This document shows, piece after piece, positions 38,915 to 49,144 of a stretch of 64,000 nucleotides of DNA. The notes under the pieces are model-generated. The model saw only the letters and a list, made by a program, of their open reading frames with translations. It searched no databases and was not told the DNA's origin. A program made the position numbers and the translations under genes. This DNA comes from Terriglobia bacterium (GTDB lineage Bacteria; Acidobacteriota; Terriglobia; 20CM-2-55-15), in the NCBI GenBank assembly GCA_963664115.2, contig CAXWPJ010000004.1, forward strand, positions 96,001-160,000, given 5' to 3'. Every line of letters starts with the position of its first letter. The stretch's first letter is position 1.

Positions 38915-40761
38915 GCGTACAAACCTGGACCTACATCTTCGTCGGACTCACCTTCAGCCTCTACCTGACCATCGCCTGGCTGAGCCGCGTTCGAGACACA
39001 AAGGGCTTCTATGTCGCCGGACAGGGCGTGCCCTCGGTCGCGAACGGGATGGCGACCGCGGCGGACTGGATGAGCGCCGCGTCCTACATTTCCATGGCCG
39101 GGTTGATCTCGACGATGGGATATGCGGGTGGCGTTTACCTCATGGGCTGGACCGGAGGGTTCGTGCTATTGGCTCTCCTGATCGCGCCGTATCTGAGAAA
39201 GTTCGGGCACTACACGGTACCGGATTTTATAGGCGACCGGTACGAGTCCAACGTGGCCCGGATGGCGGCAGTGGTCTGCGCGATCTTCGTTTCGTTTACT
39301 TACGTCGCGGGACAGATGCGCGGCGTAGGAGTGGTCTTCAGCCGTTTTCTGGAGGTGGATATCAACGTCGGCGTCGTCATCGGCATGGCGATCGTGTTTG
39401 TGTACGCAACTCTTGGTGGCATGAAAGGGATTACCTGGACGCAGGTTGTCCAATACTGGGTCCTGATCACGGCTTTCCTGATACCCGCCATCGCGATCAG
39501 TATTCGACTCACCGGAGATTTTTTTCCGCAAGTCGGTCTCGGAGGTGAACTCGTTGAGGGACTCGATGGATCCGGCGTATACCTGCTGGAACGCCTCAAT
39601 CAGATTCAGACCGATCTAGGCTTTGCCGCCTACACGGACACCTTTGTCGGCGGTTGGGACAAAGCCAACGTCTTTCTCGTCACTCTGGCCCTGATGGTCG
39701 GCACGGCCGGACTGCCACACGTGATCGTCCGCTTCTACACAGTGAAGTCGGTTAAGGCCGCGCGATGGAGTGCATTCTGGGCACTGTTCTTTATCTCGAT
39801 GCTCTACCTCACTGCGCCGGCAACCGCGGCGTTCGCGCGTTACTTCATGATCGACAGCCTGAACGGCCGAACCGCCGAGCAATTGCCGGAGTGGTTCGAG
39901 AACTGGGAAAGGACCGGCTTGATTCTATGGTTGGATGACGGCGACGGGAGGTTCCGCTACGCCGCGGGTGCGGACAACGAAGTGTTTCGAAACGGGACGA
40001 TTCCGGCAGCGCAACTGGCATCGCTGAGAGCGGAACATCAGCAGTGGCTGGACACCGCAGGCGCCGAGGGCGAAGACGGACGGATCGCGTTGAGAACCGC
40101 CGGTTTGTCGGGGCCGGATCGGGACATCATCGTCCTGGCGACGCCCGAAATGGCCGGGCTGGCCAACTGGATCGTCGCTCTGGTCGCGGCCGGCGGGCTG
40201 GCCGCAGCGCTTTCAACAGCCAGCGGCCTCCTGCTGGTGATCTCATCCAGCGTCGCCCACGATCTCTATTTCCGAATTCTCCGACCCGGCGCCACCGAAG
40301 CCCAACGGCTACTGGTGGGACGCGCGGTCATCGGCATCGCCGTCGTCATTGCCGGAATATTCGGCATCTATCCACCCGGTTTCGTCAGCCAGGTCGTTGC
40401 CTTTGCCTTCGGGCTGGCCGCGGCCAGCTTCTTTCCGGCCATTGTTCTGGGCATCTTCAGCAAACGCGTGGGCACCGTACCCGCCGTTGCGGGTATGATG
40501 ACCGGAATTTCCTTTACGGCCTTTTACATCATCGCGACGGTCTTCTTTGGAATGGATCGCTGGACTTTCGGACTGCTCCCTTCCGGTATCGACCCCCAGG
40601 GAATCGGCACAGTGGGCATGATGCTGAACTTCGCAGTCACTCTGGGACTCACGCGGTTTTTCCCGCCGCCGACCGCCGCGACACGGGAACTGGTCGACCG
40701 CATTCGGGAACCGGAATTTGTGGGCGCAGCAGTCAAGATCGAAGCCACGCCTCTGCATTAG
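38911..40761 (+). CDS. Sodium:solute symporter (ActP-like, VC_2705 subfamily)
   Basis: NGMATAADWMSAAS, GWTGG, GGMKGITWTQ, GTAGLPHV..RF, AGGLAAALSTA.GLL. Confidence 0.9.
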   Translation: MSVQTWTYIFVGLTFSLYLTIAWLSRVRDTKGFYVAGQGVPSVANGMATAADWMSAASYISMAGLISTMGYAGGVYLMGWTGGFVLLALLIAPYLRKFGHYTVPDFIGDRYESNVARMAAVVCAIFVSFTYVAGQMRGVGVVFSRFLEVDINVGVVIGMAIVFVYATLGGMKGITWTQVVQYWVLITAFLIPAIAISIRLTGDFFPQVGLGGELVEGLDGSGVYLLERLNQIQTDLGFAAYTDTFVGGWDKANVFLVTLALMVGTAGLPHVIVRFYTVKSVKAARWSAFWALFFISMLYLTAPATAAFARYFMIDSLNGRTAEQLPEWFENWERTGLILWLDDGDGRFRYAAGADNEVFRNGTIPAAQLASLRAEHQQWLDTAGAEGEDGRIALRTAGLSGPDRDIIVLATPEMAGLANWIVALVAAGGLAAALSTASGLLLVISSSVAHDLYFRILRPGATEAQRLLVGRAVIGIAVVIAGIFGIYPPGFVSQVVAFAFGLAAASFFPAIVLGIFSKRVGTVPAVAGMMTGISFTAFYIIATVFFGMDRWTFGLLPSGIDPQGIGTVGMMLNFAVTLGLTRFFPPPTAATRELVDRIREPEFVGAAVKIEATPLH

Positions 40762-40777
40762 TTCACAGGAGATCACC

Positions 40778-41887
40778 ATGACGACGGCAAGAACCGCGAT
40801 CGCTTTGGCATTGCTGACCTGGATCCCGACTGCGGCCCTTGAAGCGCAGCAGCCGCGTGCTGAAGTTCCGACATTCGCCGTGGATCCTTACTGGCCCAAA
40901 CCGCTACCGAACGATTGGACCTTCGGGGAGTTCGCCGGAATCACTGTGGATTCGGACGACCACATCTGGGTTATCCAACGCCCCCGCACCCTCGGCGAAG
41001 ACGAGACCTATCTGCTGGCAGACCCGCCCGTCGGTGACTGTTGTCGACCGGCTCCGCCGGTGATGGAGTTCGACCAGGAAGGAAATCTCGTCCAGGCATG
41101 GGGCGGCACAGGCGAAGGCTACGACTGGCCGGAAAACGAGCACGGGATCTACGTGGATGATAGGGACAACGTCTGGATCGGAGGAAATGGCGCAAGCGAC
41201 CACCATATTCTGAAGTTCACCCGGAGTGGGGAGTTCCTGCTCCAGATCGGCCAACCGGGACAGAGCGCGGGAAGCAACGACACTGGAAACCTGAATCGAC
41301 CTTCGAAAATGCAGGTGTCCGAAGCGGACAACGAGGTTTTTGTTTCCGACGGATATCAGAATCGACGCGTGATCGTCTTCGACGCCGATAGCGGCGAGTA
41401 CAAAAGACACTGGGGCGCTTACGGCTCCGAACCCGAGGACGGAGCGCCACGAACCATAGTTCCAGAAGGGCCCGGTCCCCGCCAGTTCAATCTGGTACAC
41501 GGAATCATTCTCTCGAAAGACGGACGTGTGTACGCCAGCGATCGTCTCAACAATCGCGTTCAGGAATTCAGGTCCGACGGCACCTTCGTTAAGGAATCGT
41601 TCATCCGCCGGGAGACGCTTGGCAACGGCACGGCATACGATGTAGACCTCAGCTCAGATCCAGGTGAACGCTTCCTGTATGTTGCCGACGGCGTCAACAA
41701 TCATGTCTGGATTTTAGAGCGGGACAGCCTGGACGTGGTGGGCCGTTTCGGACGTCAGGGACGCTATGCGGGACAATTTCACCATGTGCACAGCATCGCC
41801 GTGGATTCGAGTGGCAACATCTACACGGCCGAAACGCAGGGAAAGCGGGTTCAGAGATTCCTCTTCGAAGGCTTAAGGTCTGATTAA
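40778..41887 (+). CDS. Secreted NHL-repeat beta-propeller (peptidylglycine alpha-amidating lyase-like)
   Basis: VDP.WPK.LP, PPV.EFD..G, EHGI.VD, DGY.N.RV.VFD, DR.N.R.Q.F, G.F...H.IAVDS.GN.Y. Confidence 0.8.
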   Translation: MTTARTAIALALLTWIPTAALEAQQPRAEVPTFAVDPYWPKPLPNDWTFGEFAGITVDSDDHIWVIQRPRTLGEDETYLLADPPVGDCCRPAPPVMEFDQEGNLVQAWGGTGEGYDWPENEHGIYVDDRDNVWIGGNGASDHHILKFTRSGEFLLQIGQPGQSAGSNDTGNLNRPSKMQVSEADNEVFVSDGYQNRRVIVFDADSGEYKRHWGAYGSEPEDGAPRTIVPEGPGPRQFNLVHGIILSKDGRVYASDRLNNRVQEFRSDGTFVKESFIRRETLGNGTAYDVDLSSDPGERFLYVADGVNNHVWILERDSLDVVGRFGRQGRYAGQFHHVHSIAVDSSGNIYTAETQGKRVQRFLFEGLRSD

Positions 41888-42831
41888 GGAAGCCCCAGCA
41901 ATCTTGCCGGGTTCTCCTTCGACATCTGAACGATTTCAGCTTCGGTAAAGCCCCTTGACTGCAAGGCGATGAGGAAATCCGCGAAACCGTCGGGCGGCAA
42001 CTCGTTTTCCGCCTGCCCGAGGTCTGAAGAAAGAATGCAGAATTCCGGACCGATCCTCCGGATGGCATCCGCAAAGCGATCGACGCGCTCCCGAGCGTCG
42101 GGGGTCCTCATGGAGCTTCCGACGAACTCGATGAACGCGCCCAGCCGGGCCGCTTCCTGCATCTGGCCGATATCCATAAGGATCGGTGCATTCATCGCAT
42201 GAGTGACGACCATGCGCCCGACGCGCTGGCGGCGTCCCTCACGCAATAACATCAGGCCTTCTTCTGCGGCCGAGTGACCGGTGGCGAGTATCAGGTCGTG
42301 TTCGGCGATGAGCGCGATGACTTCCTCTACTTCAGGCAACAATTCGCCCCCGCGTGACACGCTCACGAACGGCCTGTCCTCTTCGGAAAACCGTACCTGA
42401 TTCTCCGAATCGAAGGTCGGCATCCAGACGAAGCGTCCCCAGCCTCCGGAAACCCGCGTCATGTACTCCACAGCCGCCGGGTTGATGCCGCCGACCGTGA
42501 GGTTCAGGTCGATGCCGCCGAACACTTCGATGCCGGAAACCTGCCGGCGGACGATGTAGGCGAGACCTGCCGTCGAAACGTAGTGGTTCTTCAGTACGAT
42601 GGCCCGCATTCCGGCTGAGAGAGCCAACTCCGCGGCTTCGACCCCGTCGACGGACCGCGCCCGGTCATCCGGAAAAGCATGGACGTGGATATCGATGGCG
42701 CCATCAAGCGCGCGGGAGACCTCAGATTCTGAAGCACTTTGACCGGCACCGTTCGATGCCATGGCAGCCAGCATCAAAACGAGCAGTGCCCACCGCCCCA
42801 CGGGTCTCGCCTTCCATTTCCGCATACGCAT
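41884..42831 (-). CDS. DUF6282 family amidohydrolase-fold protein
   Basis: GAID.HVH..PD, GMR.IV.KNH, VFGGI.LN, VWMPT, ATGH, VTH, SSDLGQ. Confidence 0.75.
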   Translation of the reverse strand: MRMRKWKARPVGRWALLVLMLAAMASNGAGQSASESEVSRALDGAIDIHVHAFPDDRARSVDGVEAAELALSAGMRAIVLKNHYVSTAGLAYIVRRQVSGIEVFGGIDLNLTVGGINPAAVEYMTRVSGGWGRFVWMPTFDSENQVRFSEEDRPFVSVSRGGELLPEVEEVIALIAEHDLILATGHSAAEEGLMLLREGRRQRVGRMVVTHAMNAPILMDIGQMQEAARLGAFIEFVGSSMRTPDARERVDRFADAIRRIGPEFCILSSDLGQAENELPPDGFADFLIALQSRGFTEAEIVQMSKENPARLLGLP

Positions 42832-42844
42832 CAAGACCTCCGTC

Positions 42845-42873
42845 TAAAAAGGGGTCAGAGCCCTTATTTCCTA
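42845..42873 (+). repeat. Left 29-bp inverted repeat (pairs with 44622-44650)
   Basis: TAAAAAGGGGTCAGAGCCCTTATTTCCTA; 26/29 identical to the reverse complement of the right copy. Confidence 0.75.
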
Positions 42874-43359
42874 ATTAAACAGACGCACGATAACTCGATA
42901 CCGTAGCGGCTGTTAGGGCTTGACGGGTTAGAACCCACCGAATCGGTTGAGGTGACGGCAAGCTTATAAAGTTTCGAGCCGCCGCGTCAATGAAACGCGC
43001 ACCAAGGCCTTGCCGGCGAACCGGACGAATTGAACACGTCCGAATCGCTAACTTCCACCGTTCATCTTCGATGAATAAGATGGATGCATAGGGTGAACGC
43101 AACCGCGCAGGACTTCGATTTGGGGACCGCTACATGTCCATCCAACTTCGTATGCGACCGAGCTTCGGCTATTTGGGCTTATACTGCATAAATCCTGCGC
43201 ATCGCGAGAGAATTACGGCCCCGTGATCGCCCGGAATCGGGTCAGGTCCACGCCGACATCTTGACGCACGCGAACTCGTAGGTCCGAAGGAGGAGTATCA
43301 CAGGGTGAGAACAATTGTGCCCCCGTTTTCCCGTTCCAATGTCCTGGAAGGAGACTCTG

Positions 43360-44598
43360 ATGATTGAAGTTCGCCAGAGAAGGGTCGTCCCCTCGGTACT
43401 GGTTTTGGTCACGTTGCTCTTACCCCTGGGTGCGGGCGCGCAGTACACGCCGGAGCGACACAACTGGGAAACGCGGCGTCCTGCAGAAGTCGGCATGAAT
43501 GCGACGCTGGTCGAGGAGGCCGTTCAGATGGCCATCGACGGTGAGACTCCGGGAACACACGATATGGCACTCTCACAGCAACTCGCCTTCGGCCGTGAAC
43601 CCCATAGTGAGCCCATCGGCCCGTTTCGAACGCGGGGAGATGCCGCCGGTATCATCATCCGCAACGGTTACATTGTTACCGAGTGGGGTGACCCATACAG
43701 AGTGGACATGACTCATTCTGTATCCAAGAGCTTTCTGTCCACGACCGTGGGGCTGGCGTGGGCAGATGGCCTGATCGACGACATTGACGATACCGTTGCG
43801 CCCTATATGGCGCCCGTCCTGCTGCCCGAAGGTGACGGCGAACGGAATCTCAGCGGAGACAGCTATTCCCACGAACCGGTGACGCTGTTTGAAGACGAGC
43901 ACAACCGGAAGATCACCTGGCGCAATCTCCTGCAGCAGAACAGCGCCTGGCGCGGCACGCTCTGGGGCAAACCGGACTGGGCCGACCGCCCGGCGGAGGA
44001 TAGATCGGCCTGGCTCGATATGGACCGGCCGGAACCGGGAACGGTCTACGAATACAATGACACGCGCGTAAACCTCTTGGCTTTGCTCGCAACTCAGGTG
44101 TGGCGGGAGCCGCTCCCGAACGTGCTCAGGCGAAGGGTCATGGATCCGATTGGCGCGTCGAACACCTGGCGTTGGCACGGATACGAAAATTCCTGGATCA
44201 CCCAAGATGGCGAAAGAATCCAGATCGTGAGCGGTGGCGGTCACTGGGGTGGGGGCATGTTCTTAAGTGCGCGTGACCAGGCTCGCTTAGGGATGTTTAC
44301 CCTCCGTCGCGGAAACTGGAAGGGCGAGCAGTTGCTGCCGGAAGAGTGGTTCGACATGGCCACAACTCCGTCGACGCCGAACCCCGGATACGGGTTTATG
44401 AATTACTTCCTGAACGGCCCTGGAGAGGATGGAAGAAAGACCTACCCGAGTGCTCCGGACGAAGCATATGCCCACCGGGGATCCGGAACCAACCTGGTGT
44501 ATGTAGATCCGGTGAACGACCTGGTGATTGTCGCCCGCTGGATACAGGGTGGCGCTATCGACCCGTTTCTGGGAAAGGTTGTCGAGTCGATCAACTAA
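43360..44598 (+). CDS. Secreted serine hydrolase (class C beta-lactamase/esterase family)
   Basis: SVSK (SxxK), PG..YEYND, GG...SARD.AR.G, V.P..DLVIV. Confidence 0.88.
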   Translation: MIEVRQRRVVPSVLVLVTLLLPLGAGAQYTPERHNWETRRPAEVGMNATLVEEAVQMAIDGETPGTHDMALSQQLAFGREPHSEPIGPFRTRGDAAGIIIRNGYIVTEWGDPYRVDMTHSVSKSFLSTTVGLAWADGLIDDIDDTVAPYMAPVLLPEGDGERNLSGDSYSHEPVTLFEDEHNRKITWRNLLQQNSAWRGTLWGKPDWADRPAEDRSAWLDMDRPEPGTVYEYNDTRVNLLALLATQVWREPLPNVLRRRVMDPIGASNTWRWHGYENSWITQDGERIQIVSGGGHWGGGMFLSARDQARLGMFTLRRGNWKGEQLLPEEWFDMATTPSTPNPGYGFMNYFLNGPGEDGRKTYPSAPDEAYAHRGSGTNLVYVDPVNDLVIVARWIQGGAIDPFLGKVVESIN

Positions 44599-44621
44599 TG
44601 ATGATTACACGATTTGGAAAA

Positions 44622-44650
44622 TAGGAATATAGGGCTCTGACCCCTTTTTA
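44622..44650 (-). repeat. Right 29-bp inverted repeat (pairs with 42845-42873)
   Basis: TAGGAATATAGGGCTCTGACCCCTTTTTA. Confidence 0.75.
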
Positions 44651-45454
44651 GCCCTGGTGCGAGTTGATGAAGCTGGAAATCTGCTGCGCAACCAGGTCGG
44701 GTCTGATGAGAGGAGCCAGATGGTCGCAATCGTCCAACGTTAACAACTGAGCACTGGGTAAGGCCGCGGCTAGAATCGCGGAGGCGCCTTCGAGGAGCGG
44801 GGGCGTTCGCCCTCCTTTGATTACCAGTGTCGGTTGGTTCAACTGCAGTAGATCGGACCTCGATCGGGGCCAACGGAGCGCAAAATCGAGTTCGTTTCGG
44901 AGCGGTAGCCAGTTGTCTATGCCTTTCTCCGAGGGCATGCGGGCGAGTTCGACCTTGGTGTCGTGTAAGAGCTCAAGGTGGTCCATGAATTTCTTGATCC
45001 CACCTTCGATATCACCGCCCTGAAACAAGGGGACGATTTCCTCCTTCATTTTTTTGAGTGGGGGAGGGATCGCATTATCGGGATACATAGCGTACACGGC
45101 CGGTTCCATGAGAACCAATCCGCGAACGCGATCGGCGAAGAGACTCGCGTACCCCAGGGCGACGATGCCGCCGGAGGAATGCCCGAACACCCACACGGGC
45201 CCGGATGCGGCTTCGTCGAGAACCGCGTGAACAGAATTTGCCTGTTCTTCGACGCTCGTGTTCGCATCGAGTCGTGTCGAACGCCGGTATCCCAATCGAT
45301 CTAAAGCTATGCAACGGTGGCTGCCGGAAAGCTCGTTGATCAGTGGCGCCAAAGTGTCGGAATCGGAAGCTGCGCCATGCAGGAAGAGAATCTCGGGGCC
45401 CGTTCCTTCAACCGTGTAGAAAACTTCTTTATCTTGCGTGACCTGAACAATCAC
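44648..45454 (-). CDS. Alpha/beta hydrolase
   Basis: FLHG, D.LGY..S, GHSSGG nucleophile elbow, C-terminal H; GTG start at 45454 after AAGGA. Confidence 0.88.
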   Translation of the reverse strand: MIVQVTQDKEVFYTVEGTGPEILFLHGAASDSDTLAPLINELSGSHRCIALDRLGYRRSTRLDANTSVEEQANSVHAVLDEAASGPVWVFGHSSGGIVALGYASLFADRVRGLVLMEPAVYAMYPDNAIPPPLKKMKEEIVPLFQGGDIEGGIKKFMDHLELLHDTKVELARMPSEKGIDNWLPLRNELDFALRWPRSRSDLLQLNQPTLVIKGGRTPPLLEGASAILAAALPSAQLLTLDDCDHLAPLIRPDLVAQQISSFINSHQG

Positions 45455-45509
45455 ATGTGATCCTTGGATGACATCATTCGATGCCAGAAAAATATAGTGT
45501 CGACCAATT

Positions 45510-47189
45510 TCAAGCTCTGGCTGAAAGCAGGTCGCGGACGCGTCGCGCAAGACTGGTCCGGGTGAAGGGCTTTTCGATCAGGGCATTGCCGAGTTCTTCG
45601 CGATCACGGTCCTGCTTGATGAAGCCCTCGGTGTAGCCCGATGTATAGAGTATCTGGATCTCAGGGCGGTCCTCACGGATTCGGCGCGCCAACTCCAGAC
45701 CACTCATGTGCGGCATGACGAGGTCTGTCAGGAGCAGGTCAATGGGCTCGGCGAAACTTTCGGCTAGCTTGCAGGCCTCCAGACCATCCGCAGCATCCAT
45801 GACATCATAGCCGTAGAACTCCAGTGTTTTCCGCATCAGAGCACGAACACCGGCCTCATCCTCTACAACCAGGACGGTCTCGGTTCCGTGAAGCCCGTCA
45901 TCGGATTCCGAGTTCGACCGCCGATCCACACTTTCGGGTTGATCGACCCTCGGGAGATAAACTTTGACCGTCGTACCTTTCTCGAGCTCGCTGTAGGCCC
46001 AAACGTTGCCGCCGCTCTGTTTGACTATTCCATAGACCGTCGACAAACCCAGACCAGTGCCGCCGACCCGGGTTGTAAAGAAAGGATCAAAGGCCTGCCG
46101 CAGTGTTTCCAAATCCATCCCGACGCCCGTGTCACTAACCGACAACATGACGTACGGGCCGGGCCGGACGCCCACGCGCCCCTGGGCATAGTCCTCATCC
46201 AGTTCCACGTTAGCGGTTTCTATGATCAATCGACCGCCTTCGGGCATCGCCTCCCGCGCATTGACGACCAGATTCAACAGCACCTGCTGGATCTGTGCGG
46301 GGTTTGCCTGGACCGTCGAGGATTCACCCGGTTGGATCCACATCTCAATGTCCTCTCCGATCAGTCGCTCAAACATCGCCTGCATGTCTTCGACAACGCG
46401 ACCCAGACTCATGGCCCGCGGTTGTAACAATTGCTTCCGGCTGAACGCCAACAACTGCTGCGTCAGCGCCGCCGCGCGCACCGCCTCTTTTCGAACGGTT
46501 CGGGCGTCTTCTCTCAAGGTGCCAGTGTCATCGATTGCGGACAAATCCTGAATGAGCGTTTCGGTCAAGCCGAGGATCACCGTCAAGATGTTGTTGAAAT
46601 CGTGAGCAATTCCTCCAGCCAGCCGCCCTACGGCCTCCATTTTTTGTGACTGAAACAGTTGCTGCTCGAGTTGCTTCCGTTCGGTGAGGTCCCGAACGAT
46701 TCCCCAGATGCCGATAACGCGTCCCGCACTGTTACGTTCGGGTTCGGACCGATCTTCGACCCATCGGTACTCACCCGTAGTTTTGTTGCGCATGCGGTAT
46801 TCTCGAACGACCCTCTCACCTTCAGTCAGCAGTCGGGTTTCACGCATCACCTTGTCCATGTCTTCCGGATGCACCAACTCGAACGGATGCTCTTCGGGGT
46901 TTGCGAGACCGAATGGGCCGCCAGTTCCCAGGGGACCTCCCTGAATGAACTCTTCAGCCCGACAGCCACTGAAATCGAAAATGCGGTCGCTCAGGAATTC
47001 CAATTGCCAGGTACGCTCATCCGGATCGATGGACACGGCGTACACAAGATCATTGGCGTGGTGAAGCAGCGCCCGAAATGTTTTGGCTGCCTGCTCGACC
47101 GAGGCTAGGCTGTCAGGATGTTCGTTTTCAGGTTCTTTGGGTTTCAATGAAGGATCCCCAACACTCCGATAACGGACCGGCCGGTGCAC
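45510..47189 (-). CDS. PAS-domain hybrid sensor histidine kinase / response regulator (CckA-like)
   Basis: PAS/PAC, AGGIAHDFNN H-box, N/G1/F/G2 boxes (NAR, DTG.G, PFFTT, GTGLGL), REC domain (VED, TD.VMP, KPF). Confidence 0.93.
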   Translation of the reverse strand: MHRPVRYRSVGDPSLKPKEPENEHPDSLASVEQAAKTFRALLHHANDLVYAVSIDPDERTWQLEFLSDRIFDFSGCRAEEFIQGGPLGTGGPFGLANPEEHPFELVHPEDMDKVMRETRLLTEGERVVREYRMRNKTTGEYRWVEDRSEPERNSAGRVIGIWGIVRDLTERKQLEQQLFQSQKMEAVGRLAGGIAHDFNNILTVILGLTETLIQDLSAIDDTGTLREDARTVRKEAVRAAALTQQLLAFSRKQLLQPRAMSLGRVVEDMQAMFERLIGEDIEMWIQPGESSTVQANPAQIQQVLLNLVVNAREAMPEGGRLIIETANVELDEDYAQGRVGVRPGPYVMLSVSDTGVGMDLETLRQAFDPFFTTRVGGTGLGLSTVYGIVKQSGGNVWAYSELEKGTTVKVYLPRVDQPESVDRRSNSESDDGLHGTETVLVVEDEAGVRALMRKTLEFYGYDVMDAADGLEACKLAESFAEPIDLLLTDLVMPHMSGLELARRIREDRPEIQILYTSGYTEGFIKQDRDREELGNALIEKPFTRTSLARRVRDLLSARA

Positions 47190-47276
47190 TATTCAGGACC
47201 GATCATATCATTTCGGCGCGCGCCGACTAACGCCCGCCGGCTAAGGGATAGGTGAGGTCAGGGCGCTGGACGTATA

Positions 47277-48914
47277 ATGAAGACTATGGAACAGAGTCGG
47301 CGAAATCGACGGCTGCTACGCCTTCTTGCGGCGATTCTATTTCTCAACCTGTGGACCTCGCCGGAGTCGTCGGCCCAGACCCGACTGCGATTCGAAATCT
47401 CTGTGCCCGAGTCGCTGCGATCCGAGCCGATCACCGGACGCGTGTACGTCATGTTCTCCCCAAATAATCCGCGCAGCCCCTATCTGCAGGTGGGCCGCAC
47501 TGGCATTCCATTTTTCGGAACTGATGTTGAAAGCCTGCCACCGGGCACCGTGGCCGTTGTCGACGAGGACGACCTCGGCACGCCGGTCGCGAACCTCAGC
47601 GACATCCCTCCAGGCGACTATTTCATACAGGCCTTCGTCAGTATTTATTCGGAATTTCAGAGGGCCGACGGCCATGTCGTCTGGATGCACGACGACAGAT
47701 GGGAGGGGCAACGTTGGAATCGCTCGCCAGGCAATCTCTACAGCGTTCCGCAGCGCGTGACGATCGACCCTGCGGCCGGAGGCGTGTTCCGGTTGGAAGC
47801 GAACCGCGTAATTCCTCCAGTTGAGATACCGGATGATACGGAGTGGGTCCGGCGCCTGCGTTTCCAAAGTCCGACGCTCTCGGAGTTCTGGGGACGGCCG
47901 ATTTACCTCGGCGCAACAGTTCTCCTGCCGCCCGACTACGACGAGAACACAATGTCCTACCCTGTGGTTTACGAGCAGGACCACTTTTCACTGAATGCGC
48001 CGATGGGGTTTGCCCCAGGGCGCCGGCTGTATGACGCGTGGACGTCGGATGATTTCCCCCGCATGATCGTCGTCACCTTCCAACATCCCACGCCCTATTT
48101 TGACGACTCCTACGCAGTGAATTCTGCGAACGTCGGCCCCTACGGTGACGCAATCATGGGCGAACTCATTCCGGAAATAGAACAGCGTTTTCGAGTGATC
48201 ACCGAACCCTGGGCCCGAATATTGACCGGCGGGTCCACAGGCGGTTGGGAAGCCCTGGCACTACAGATCTTTCACCCGGACTTCTTTGGTGGCACCTGGG
48301 CCTATTGTCCCGACCCCGTGGATTTTCACGACGTCGAGGGCATCAATATCTACGAGGATACGAACGCTTACTACAGACAGCAGGGCGGACGCCGGGTGCC
48401 CACGCCGAACACACGGGAAACCAACGGCGAGATACGCTTGACCTCCGAACAGCGCAATCACTTTGAATTGGTCAGTGGAACGAGAGGCCGCTCCGGCGAA
48501 CAGCTCGATGCATGGTCCGCCGTATACGGACCCCTCGGCGAAGATGGGTATTTCAAACCTCTATTCGACAAACTCACAGGTGAGATCGATCCCGACGTTG
48601 CCGCATACTGGCGCGACAACTACGACCTGCGTTACTACCTCGAGCAGAACTGGACCGCGATAGGAAGAAAACTCATCGACAAGCTGCACATCTACACAGG
48701 CACCATGGACAACTTCTATTTAAACAATTCCACGAAGATGCTCGAAGAGTGGATGGCGACCACCACGGACCCACACTACGCAGGCTACTTCGAATACGGT
48801 ATCGGTGCCGGCCACTGCTGGGCGGGAACCGCGACCAGTTGGGAACGACTCCGGGAGATGGCCGACTACGTCATCGAAAAGAAACCCGCCTCTACGCCTG
48901 CCCCCTGGTATTAG
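47277..48914 (+). CDS. Secreted esterase-like alpha/beta-hydrolase protein
   Basis: Signal peptide; S.FWGRP...A.VLLP, GGSTGGW nucleophile motif, G..D.F.L, H. Confidence 0.75.
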   Translation: MKTMEQSRRNRRLLRLLAAILFLNLWTSPESSAQTRLRFEISVPESLRSEPITGRVYVMFSPNNPRSPYLQVGRTGIPFFGTDVESLPPGTVAVVDEDDLGTPVANLSDIPPGDYFIQAFVSIYSEFQRADGHVVWMHDDRWEGQRWNRSPGNLYSVPQRVTIDPAAGGVFRLEANRVIPPVEIPDDTEWVRRLRFQSPTLSEFWGRPIYLGATVLLPPDYDENTMSYPVVYEQDHFSLNAPMGFAPGRRLYDAWTSDDFPRMIVVTFQHPTPYFDDSYAVNSANVGPYGDAIMGELIPEIEQRFRVITEPWARILTGGSTGGWEALALQIFHPDFFGGTWAYCPDPVDFHDVEGINIYEDTNAYYRQQGGRRVPTPNTRETNGEIRLTSEQRNHFELVSGTRGRSGEQLDAWSAVYGPLGEDGYFKPLFDKLTGEIDPDVAAYWRDNYDLRYYLEQNWTAIGRKLIDKLHIYTGTMDNFYLNNSTKMLEEWMATTTDPHYAGYFEYGIGAGHCWAGTATSWERLREMADYVIEKKPASTPAPWY

Positions 48915-48935
48915 TCTGTAACTGAAGAGAAGAAA

Positions 48936-49130
48936 GAATTTCACCGCAAAGGCGCAAAGACGGAAAGGTCGGAGAAACCCTGGGCTGTGTAGAGTGGTGC
49001 CTAGCGAAGTTCAATGGGTTTCCATGGCCGTTTTCTAAGCCAAGGCATTCGGTACGGACGAGAGGTAGACAAACTATCTTATTTCTTTCTCTTTCTTCCT
49101 TTGCGTCTTTGCGCCTTTGCGTTGAATTTC
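48936..49130. repeat. 195-bp element with 33-bp terminal inverted repeats built on CGCAAAG(G/A) octamers
   Basis: GAATTTCACCGCAAAGGCGCAAAGACGGAAAGG (48936-48968) vs reverse complement of 49098-49130: 30/33 identical. Confidence 0.75.
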
Positions 49131-49144
49131 CCTCTTCCTTCTCG

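Noticed and set aside
25885-44598. Calling the MBL-fold (25885-26967) and class C-like (43360-44598) proteins antibiotic-resistance genes
   Set aside because: The fold alone is insufficient; the MBL metal motif is altered and the serine hydrolase lacks a clear KTG motif
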